In this document: positions 57,505-64,000 of the stretch, in pieces
How positions within the stretch are numbered: position 1 is the first letter of the stretch
How the letters are laid out: every line of letters starts with the position of its first letter
From: Chloroflexota bacterium
Lineage (GTDB): Bacteria > Chloroflexota > Dehalococcoidia > Lucifugimonadales > JACPQL01
Direction of reading: 5' to 3'
Assembly: GCA_016190445.1 (NCBI GenBank)
Contig: JACPQL010000008.1
Coordinates: forward strand, 3,139-67,138
DNA length: 64,000 bases
The notes under the pieces: model-generated
What the model saw: the letters and a program-made list of their open reading frames with translations, nothing else
Databases searched by the model: none
What the model was told of the DNA's origin: nothing
Position numbers and translations under genes: made by a program

Positions 57505-57538
57505 TGGCCCCCTTCCCCACCAGGGATGGGTGAACCTG

Positions 57539-57757
57539 CTAGTCCCGAACGGGAATGCTGCCCCACTGGATAGAGGAGGCATCCTTCACCAGCCTCTTCT
57601 CTTGGGCCAGCTCCCGTATGGCTACCAGCGTAGCATTCACCTCGGGCGTCAAGAACACCCAGTCGGGCTTCTCAGGGAACCAGTAGGGTGAGGTGATGCG
57701 GACCACCTTCCCCTCTTTGGGGTTCAGATAGATGCCGAACTTCTCAGCCTGCACCAT
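57539..57757 (-). CDS. Small hypothetical protein
   Basis: 72 aa from ATG 57757, behind a GGGAGGGAG RBS. No family recognised. Confidence 0.5.
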   Translation of the reverse strand: MVQAEKFGIYLNPKEGKVVRITSPYWFPEKPDWVFLTPEVNATLVAIRELAQEKRLVKDASSIQWGSIPVRD

Positions 57758-57805
57758 GCTTCTCCCTCCCAACACAATGGTATGACCACGTCGTAGGCAA
57801 ACGGC

Positions 57806-58465
57806 TCACTCCCCACCCTGTGCCAGGGCCACGGATGAGGCGTAGATACCCCGGTACTCCAGCGGCAGCAGGGCCGCCACACGCCGCATTACTAGCTCCG
57901 TCATGCCCTCCAGCACCTCCCTCGAAGGGGGGCCATCCACCGGGGGAAGCGTAAAGGCCGTGCCTATGCTCACCTTGACCCGGCACAGTGGCATGGCCAC
58001 TCTGATCATGGGGCCCACGTGCTCCGTTCCGGTGATGCCCACGGGAAGGATGGGGGCCCCCGTCTTCAGGGCCAGGTATGCCACTCCTGGGGCCGACCTG
58101 CGCATACCCCTGGGGTTTCGGGTGGTCTCGGGGAACACCACCAGAGCCTTCTCCTGCTCCAAGAGCTGGACAGAGCGCAGCAACGCCGAGAAGTCGTGTC
58201 CGCTCCGACCCACCGGGTACACACCCCAGGCGTCCAGGATGACCGAGAAGAGGCGGTTGGCAAAAAGCTCCTTCTTTCCCAGGAAGTACACCCGCCGGGG
58301 CATGGTGGCCGCAATGAGGGGCGGGTCCATGTTGCTCTGGTGGTTGGCAACGATGATCAGCCTCCCCTTGCGCGGCACCGACTCCCTCCCCTCCACCTCC
58401 CACCGGCTGAAGAGAGTGAAGCAAGCGCGGCCCACGGAGATGCCCACGTTGTAGAGGACGGCCAT
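57806..58465 (-). CDS. plsC: 1-acyl-sn-glycerol-3-phosphate acyltransferase
   Basis: Acyltransferase motifs NHQSNMDP and VFPETTR. Start at ATG 58465, 2 nt after the cmk stop, with a GGAGGA RBS. Confidence 0.85.
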   Translation of the reverse strand: MAVLYNVGISVGRACFTLFSRWEVEGRESVPRKGRLIIVANHQSNMDPPLIAATMPRRVYFLGKKELFANRLFSVILDAWGVYPVGRSGHDFSALLRSVQLLEQEKALVVFPETTRNPRGMRRSAPGVAYLALKTGAPILPVGITGTEHVGPMIRVAMPLCRVKVSIGTAFTLPPVDGPPSREVLEGMTELVMRRVAALLPLEYRGIYASSVALAQGGE

Positions 58466-58467
58466 CC

Positions 58468-59130
58468 TCAGTCCTCCATCAACTCCAGGATGCTCTGGAG
58501 CACCTGGCACACCGTCAACTTGTCCGTATCCAGCAAGTGGGCGTCGGCGGCGGGGCGCAAGGGGGACTCGGCCCTCTCCGAGTCTATCCTGTCCCGCAGC
58601 TTCAGGCTACCCAGAACATCCTCGTAGGTAACGGCCTTGCCCACGGCCACCAGCTCAGCGTGGCGGCGCCGCGCCCTCTCCTCCTGTGAAGCCACCAGGA
58701 ACACCTTAAGGGCTGCGTCGGGGAGCACCACAGTCCCTATGTCACGCCCCGCCATCACGATACGCCCGGCCGCGGCCAGGTCCCGCTGCTTCTGCACCAT
58801 GGCCACCCTCACCCCGCGCAGCCGCGCTACCAGGGAGACCCTCTCCTCCACCTCGGGACGCCGGAGGGCGGCCGTCACCTCCTCTCCATTCGCCAGGACT
58901 CGCTCCCCATTCTCGGCGCTCAGCTCCAGCGACACCTCTCCCGCCAGGCAGGCCAGCCCCTCCTCATCTTCTGGTGAGACTCCCCGCACAACGGCCATCC
59001 ATGCGACGGCCCGGTACATGGTGCCGGTGTCCACGAACTTGTACCCCAGCTTTTGGGACAGCTTCTTGCCAACCACCGTCTTGCCCGCAGCCACCGGCCC
59101 GTCTATGGCAATTACCACTGGCCTTGTCAC
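58468..59130 (-). CDS. cmk: Cytidylate kinase
   Basis: VIAIDGPVAAGKTVVGKKLSQKLGYKFVDTGTMYRAV. Confidence 0.9.
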   Translation of the reverse strand: MTRPVVIAIDGPVAAGKTVVGKKLSQKLGYKFVDTGTMYRAVAWMAVVRGVSPEDEEGLACLAGEVSLELSAENGERVLANGEEVTAALRRPEVEERVSLVARLRGVRVAMVQKQRDLAAAGRIVMAGRDIGTVVLPDAALKVFLVASQEERARRRHAELVAVGKAVTYEDVLGSLKLRDRIDSERAESPLRPAADAHLLDTDKLTVCQVLQSILELMED

Positions 59131-59282
59131 GTAGAATATCTCCCTCTAACTGCACGCCGCGACTGGGAGGCATTATAAGCAGACACGCCCAGGCGGAGCA
59201 AGCCAATGTCCCGATTGCATCGGGAACCGTGTGGTACAATCCCCTTCAGTTGGCCACATGCCCTGTGCCCGCGGTGGTGCCG

Positions 59283-61871
59283 ATGATACCCGTCAGCCTC
59301 ACCCTACGCAACTTCATGTGCTATCGGGAGAATGTGCCCACCCTGCACCTGGATGGGGTGCGCGTGGCCTGCCTGTGCGGGCCGAACGGCCACGGGAAAT
59401 CGGCGCTGCTGGACGCCATGACATGGGCACTATGGGGCAAGGCCCGCGGCCAGCGCCAGGAACAACTCGTCCACCAGGGCCAGCGAGAGATGCAGGTGGA
59501 GCTGGAGTTCGATGCCGGTGACCGCCGCTACAGGGCCATCCGGCGCTACGCCCGAGGGGGCCGCTCCACTCAGGGCCACAGCTCGCTAGAACTTCAGATG
59601 CAGACGGGGGAGGGGTACCGCCCCATCACCGGCAACTCCATCGCCGATACGGAGGAGAAGATCAGGCAACTTATCGGCATGGACTACGATACCTTCATCA
59701 ACAGCGCCTTCCTGCTCCAGGGCCGCGCTGACGCCTTCACCATGTCCACCCCCGCCCAGCGCAAGGAGGTGCTGGCCCGCGTGCTTGGCCTGGAGCTGTA
59801 CGAACGGCTGGAGGAGCAGGCAAAGGCCCGCGTCAGGGACGCCCAGGGTCGCGCCCACCACCTGGAGGGCGAGCTGGAGCAGCTCCGCCGAGAGGTGACG
59901 CGCCGGGCAGAGTACGAGGAGGCGCTGGCTGATATCAACGCGCAGCTAGCACCGGCCAGGCAGAGTGTGGAGGCCGCCACGCAGCGGCTGGAGGCGCTCC
60001 GCCAGAGGGCTGACCACCTGCGCCGGCAGGGAGAGCGGCTGGCCGAGCTGGAGCGCAGCCTTGAGCGCAGCCGCCAGCAACTCCACGAACTCCGCGCCCA
60101 GCAGGAAAAACTCCAGACTCGAGTCCGGGAGTGGCAGGACCTCCTCTCGCGGCGGGAGCAGGTGCAGGATGGGCACCACAGGCTGGCGGAGGCGCGGGCG
60201 CGCCTGGACGCGCTGAACCAAGCGCTCATGGAGCTGAACTCCCTCCGCGACCGGCTGGCACCCCTGGAGCGGGCCATCGAGCAGGCCCGCGCCCAGCTCT
60301 CGGCCAGGGAACACGCCCTCCTCCAGCACATAGAGCGTGACCTGCGACCCAGGGTGGAGGCCGTCCCCGGCCTTGAGCAGGCCCTGGCACGGGCGACGGA
60401 GCACGCCCAGGCGCTGGAGAGCCGTCATCAGCAGAACCAGGAGGCCCGGACCCTGGCTGAGGAGCTCCGTATGCAGGAGCACGCCCTCCGCTCCGCCACC
60501 GAGGCCCTGAGAAGCCAGGGAAAGGAGCTGCGCGAGAAGCTGGACCTGCTCTCTCTCCACGAGCATGACCGCGAGGCCCGTTGCCCCCTGTGCCAGAGCG
60601 CCCTGGACGCGGAGTCGCGCCAGCGGCTGGCGCGCACCTACCAGGAGGAGATAGAGCGCTGCAGGGAGCAGTACCGCCAGAACGAGGCGGAGCTAAAGCA
60701 CCAGGAGAGGGAGCGGCAGCGCCTGGAGACGGAGGTGGAGACTGCGCAGAGGGCCCTGGACCAGGAGCGCCAGCAGGTACAGCGCGAGCACGCCGTCCTC
60801 TCCGGTCGGCTGGAAGAGGCCCGCCAGGCCCAGCAGGCCCTGGAGAGGGACTCGCGGGAGCGGGAAGAGCACCGGCGGCGGCTGGCGGCGGGAGAGTTCG
60901 CACAGGAGGAGCAGGCCCAGACCAGAGTGCTCCACCAACAGATAGCGGCCCTGGGGTATAATGCCCAGGCCCACCAGAAGGCGGTGGAGTTGGTGCGTCA
61001 GCTTGAGCCGTGGGACGGAGAGTGGCGCCGCCTGGAGGAGGCGGAGCGGTCGCTGCCCCAGGAGCTGGAGAGCCTGCGGTGGGCCGAAGCCCTGGTGCAT
61101 GGAGCGGAGGAGGAGCTACGAGACGGCGAGGCAGCCCGCCATGCCACTCAGGCAGAGCTACACGACTTGCCGGAGGTGGAACAAGACCTGCAAGGGGCAG
61201 AGACCAGCCACCGGGAGACAGTGGAACGCCACACCAGCCTGCTATCCCATCGCCAAACGCTGGAGCAGCGACTGGCAGAGGTGGAGCGCATGGAGCGGGA
61301 GGCCAAGGATCGGACATCCCAACTGGAGGCAGCCAGAGAGGAGGCGGGCCTCTACACCGAGCTCGCCACGGCCTTCGGCAAGGGTGGCATCCAGTCCCTT
61401 CTCATCGAGGCGGCCATCCCACGGCTGGAGGATGAGGCCAACCGGCTGCTGGCGCGCATGACCGACAACCGCATGACGCTGAAGCTGGAGACGCAGCGGG
61501 AGCAGCGGGCCCGGCCAGAGGCGGAGCCCATCGAGACCCTGGAGATCCTCACCTCCGACGAGCTAGGGACGCGCAACTACGCCATGTTCAGCGGCGGTGA
61601 GGCGTTCCGCATCAACTTCGCCCTTCGGGTGGCGCTGTCCAAGCTGCTGGCCTGGCGGGCCGGGGCGCCTCTGCCATCCCTTTTTGTGGACGAGGGGTTC
61701 GGGACCCAGGACACCCAGGGCAGGGAGAAGGTCCTGGACGTGGTACGCTCCATCCAGGAGGACTTCCAGCGGGTCATCGTCATAACCCACCTGGAGGATA
61801 TCAAGGAGGCCTTCCCGGTGCGCATCGAGGTGACCAAGACCGAGGAGGGCTCGACGTTTACCATGGTGTAG
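59283..61871 (+). CDS. sbcC: SbcC/Rad50-like SMC-type ATPase with zinc hook
   Basis: Walker A GPNGHGKSA, a long coiled coil with a central CPLCQS hook, signature FSGGEAFR, and Walker B LFVDEGFG. Start trimmed to ATG 59283. No sbcD gene is adjacent. Confidence 0.8.
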   Translation: MIPVSLTLRNFMCYRENVPTLHLDGVRVACLCGPNGHGKSALLDAMTWALWGKARGQRQEQLVHQGQREMQVELEFDAGDRRYRAIRRYARGGRSTQGHSSLELQMQTGEGYRPITGNSIADTEEKIRQLIGMDYDTFINSAFLLQGRADAFTMSTPAQRKEVLARVLGLELYERLEEQAKARVRDAQGRAHHLEGELEQLRREVTRRAEYEEALADINAQLAPARQSVEAATQRLEALRQRADHLRRQGERLAELERSLERSRQQLHELRAQQEKLQTRVREWQDLLSRREQVQDGHHRLAEARARLDALNQALMELNSLRDRLAPLERAIEQARAQLSAREHALLQHIERDLRPRVEAVPGLEQALARATEHAQALESRHQQNQEARTLAEELRMQEHALRSATEALRSQGKELREKLDLLSLHEHDREARCPLCQSALDAESRQRLARTYQEEIERCREQYRQNEAELKHQERERQRLETEVETAQRALDQERQQVQREHAVLSGRLEEARQAQQALERDSREREEHRRRLAAGEFAQEEQAQTRVLHQQIAALGYNAQAHQKAVELVRQLEPWDGEWRRLEEAERSLPQELESLRWAEALVHGAEEELRDGEAARHATQAELHDLPEVEQDLQGAETSHRETVERHTSLLSHRQTLEQRLAEVERMEREAKDRTSQLEAAREEAGLYTELATAFGKGGIQSLLIEAAIPRLEDEANRLLARMTDNRMTLKLETQREQRARPEAEPIETLEILTSDELGTRNYAMFSGGEAFRINFALRVALSKLLAWRAGAPLPSLFVDEGFGTQDTQGREKVLDVVRSIQEDFQRVIVITHLEDIKEAFPVRIEVTKTEEGSTFTMV

Positions 61872-61923
61872 CAATGCTGCTGGCACACGCGGTGCTCCAG
61901 CAGCTACAAAAAGAGGAGGGAAC

Positions 61924-62298
61924 ATGGCAACGTCTGATGAACGGTACCAGCGGGGCTTGCAGGTGCGACTGAAGCTGAGTGGCGGCAAGCAGCCCATCAG
62001 CCCATCGGGAGGGCTGATGCCGGACCTGGACCGCTTCGCTACCGAGGCCTGCTTCGGCGACGTGTGGGCCAGGCCGGGCCTGGAGATGAAGCTCCGCAGC
62101 CTGGCCACCATCTCCGCCCTCACCGTGCTGGGCCGGGAGGCACAGCTAAAGAGCCACGTCGGCTACGCCCTGAACCTGGGGTGGAAGAAAGATGAGCTAC
62201 TGGAGCTTTTCATGCACCTGGCTTTCTACGGCGGGCTCCCGGCCTCCCTGGCCGCCATGAGGGCCGCAGGCGAGGTATTCAAGGAGCGGGGCCTGTAA
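61924..62298 (+). CDS. Carboxymuconolactone decarboxylase (CMD/AhpD-like) family protein
   Basis: 124 aa with GDVWARPGLEMKLRSLATISALTVLGREAQLKSHV and HLAFYGGLPA blocks. Confidence 0.8.
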   Translation: MATSDERYQRGLQVRLKLSGGKQPISPSGGLMPDLDRFATEACFGDVWARPGLEMKLRSLATISALTVLGREAQLKSHVGYALNLGWKKDELLELFMHLAFYGGLPASLAAMRAAGEVFKERGL

Positions 62299-62337
62299 GG
62301 GTACAGACGCCTTGTACAAAAAGGTCGCTCACAACCT

Positions 62338-62409
62338 GTCACCCTGAGAGCTTGTGAGTTTTTCCTCCCCCGTGGACGGGGGAGGACTAAGGTGGGGGTT
62401 CAGAGTGAC
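62338..62409. repeat. REP/MITE-like unit with imperfect terminal inverted repeats and a central 10-bp hairpin
   Basis: gtcaccctgag ... cctcccccgt-gga-cgggggagg ... cagagtgac. Confidence 0.6.
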
Positions 62410-62514
62410 ATCTTGTGCAAGACCGGGGTCGCTTCCAGACCCTCGGCAGGGGGATTTTGCTCCCCGCACCCGCGAATGACGTCAACAGAGCCAGACAGAT
62501 CCACGAGGTAGCAC

Positions 62515-63261
62515 ATGGAAGACACCAGCAGGACTGAACTCCTGGCGGTGGCGGCGGAGAACGTGACCTTCAGCTACGGCCATCGCCAGGTCCTAAATGG
62601 CCTTTCGCTCCGTATTCCGCCAAAGAGGGTCTTCGGCCTCCTGGGAGCCAACGGCGCCGGCAAGACCACCCTCATCCGACTGCTGGTGGGCCTCCTGAAA
62701 CCCCAGGCGGGGAGCATCCGCATCCTGGGAGAGCCACCCTCGCCCAGGCTCGCCCACCGCGTCGGCTACATGCCTCAGCTCACCGCCCTCTACCAGGAAC
62801 TCTCCGCGCAGCAGAACGTGGAGTTCTTTGCCCGCATGTACGGCATGGCCAATCCCTCCCAGCGGCGCCAGGCCGTGGAGGAGGCCATCAACCTGGTGGG
62901 GCTGTGGGACCGGCGCAGTGACCCCGTGCTCCGCCTGAGCGGCGGCATGCGCCAGCGGGTGAGCCTGGCAGCGGCCCTTGTGCATAGCGCTCCCTTGCTG
63001 CTGCTGGACGAGCCGACGGTGGGGCTGGACCCAGAGCTCCGCGCCTCCTTCTGGGAGCATTTTGGGCGCCTGACGCGCCAGGGGGTGACCCTGGTCATCT
63101 CCAGCCACACCATGGACGACGCCGCCCACTGCGACCGGCTGGTCTTCTTACAGGACGGGCGAGTAGTGGCCGAGGGGAGTCCGGCGGAGCTACGCGCCGC
63201 CACGGGCACGAGCGACGCCACTCTGGAGGATGCCTTCCTCCACTACGTAAGGAGGGGGTAG
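62515..63261 (+). CDS. ABC transporter ATP-binding protein (ABC-2/DrrA-like exporter)
   Basis: Walker A GANGAGKTT, signature LSGGMRQR, Walker B LLLDEP. Confidence 0.88.
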   Translation: MEDTSRTELLAVAAENVTFSYGHRQVLNGLSLRIPPKRVFGLLGANGAGKTTLIRLLVGLLKPQAGSIRILGEPPSPRLAHRVGYMPQLTALYQELSAQQNVEFFARMYGMANPSQRRQAVEEAINLVGLWDRRSDPVLRLSGGMRQRVSLAAALVHSAPLLLLDEPTVGLDPELRASFWEHFGRLTRQGVTLVISSHTMDDAAHCDRLVFLQDGRVVAEGSPAELRAATGTSDATLEDAFLHYVRRG

Positions 63262-63265
63262 TCGA

Positions 63266-63997
63266 ATGTCCTGGAACCGGACCACCGCCATCGCGAAACG
63301 GGTCATCAGCCAGGTCCTTCGGGACCGCCGCACCCTGGGCCTCATCTTCTTCGTCCCCATCGTCGTCATGTCCCTGGTGGGCTTCAGCTTCGCGGACCAG
63401 CGATTTATCCTGGACAGCGCCGCACCCGCCCTTTTGGCGGTGTTTGCCCTGTTCTTCACCTTCGTCCTCACAGGGGTGAGCTTCCTGAGAGAACGGGCCT
63501 ACGGCACCCTGGAGCGGCTGCTGGCCACCCCCGTGGGGCGAGGCGACATAATCGTGGGCTACCTGGCGGGCTTCCTCCTGTTCGCCGGGATGCAGTCGCT
63601 GATCATCCTGCTGTTCACCATCCTGGCACTACAGGTCCACTACCAGGGGGCGCTGTGGCAGATATTCTTGCTCCTGATGGTGCTGACCATAGTCGGCGTC
63701 AACCTGGGCATCTTCGTCTCCACCTTCGCACGCAACGAGTTCCAGGTGGTGCAGTTCATTCCCCTGGTGCTGGCGCCCCAGATATTCCTCTCCGGGATAC
63801 TGCTGCCGGTGGCACAGATGCCCTGGTACTTCCGGGGCGCGTCGAAGGTGTTCCCACTGACCTACGCCGTGGAGGGCCTGCGGGACATCATGCTGCGGGG
63901 AATGGGGCTGCTGGATGTGCTGCCGGAGCTGGGCGTCCTGGCCGCCTTCGCTGTTGCGCTCATTGTGCTGGCAACGGGGGTCGTGCGAAGGGCGTAG
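63266..63997 (+). CDS. ABC-2 type transporter permease
   Basis: 243 aa with six hydrophobic segments. Immediately follows the ATPase gene. Confidence 0.85.
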   Translation: MSWNRTTAIAKRVISQVLRDRRTLGLIFFVPIVVMSLVGFSFADQRFILDSAAPALLAVFALFFTFVLTGVSFLRERAYGTLERLLATPVGRGDIIVGYLAGFLLFAGMQSLIILLFTILALQVHYQGALWQIFLLLMVLTIVGVNLGIFVSTFARNEFQVVQFIPLVLAPQIFLSGILLPVAQMPWYFRGASKVFPLTYAVEGLRDIMLRGMGLLDVLPELGVLAAFAVALIVLATGVVRRA

Positions 63998-64000
63998 CGC

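Noticed and set aside
60226-61317. 363-aa P/G/A-rich minus-strand ORF, plus several plus-strand alternative-frame ORFs inside the sbcC coiled-coil region.
   Set aside because: These are compositional artefacts of the GAG/CAG/GCC-rich coiled-coil coding sequence. The sbcC frame carries the Walker, hook and signature motifs.

Overview
High-GC bacterial chromosomal segment. The GGAGG-type ribosome binding sites, Pro/Thr-rich lipoprotein tethers, an F420 glutamyl ligase and intergenic gaps packed with REP-like hairpin mosaics suggest a Chloroflexota-like organism, but that is inference only. From 1 to 39 kb the genes are mostly housekeeping or metabolic: enolase-superfamily enzyme, two MBL hydrolases, lysA, holB plus a PSP1 gene, HNH, cvpA, an MFS transporter, folB, a CitE-like lyase, cofE, a GAF histidine kinase and response regulator pair, trxB, an epimerase, htpX, queG, plsY, gatCA, and ccmABC with a frameshifted ccmD-like ORF. 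This part also holds a peptide-type ABC importer with two permeases, four tandem binding-protein paralogs and no ATPase. Two things stand out. (1) At 39274-39906 a DsbA-like lipoprotein has an in-frame TGA exactly where the first Cys of the CxxC motif belongs, followed by a SECIS-like hairpin, so it is a candidate selenoprotein. (2) At 40.1-47.5 kb there is a complete gas vesicle (gvp) cluster: gvpA, gvpN, three gvpF/L genes, gvpG, gvpO, gvpJ, gvpH, gvpK and a gvpS/M-like gene. It continues co-directionally into an unusual proteostasis module: an Hsp70 paralog with a W/G-rich insertion, a fusion of an XRE helix-turn-helix domain to a GvpH-like sHsp domain, and a Cdc48-like double AAA+ ATPase with a translationally coupled unknown ORF. 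One GvpF/L paralog carries a degenerate J-domain-like tail. A convergent response regulator with an unrecognised output domain closes the locus. The right end carries ppsA, plsC, cmk, an SbcC/Rad50-like ATPase with no adjacent sbcD, a CMD-family protein and an ABC-2 exporter. No rRNA, tRNA or CRISPR array was seen. Many long antisense ORFs in the track are high-GC artefacts.
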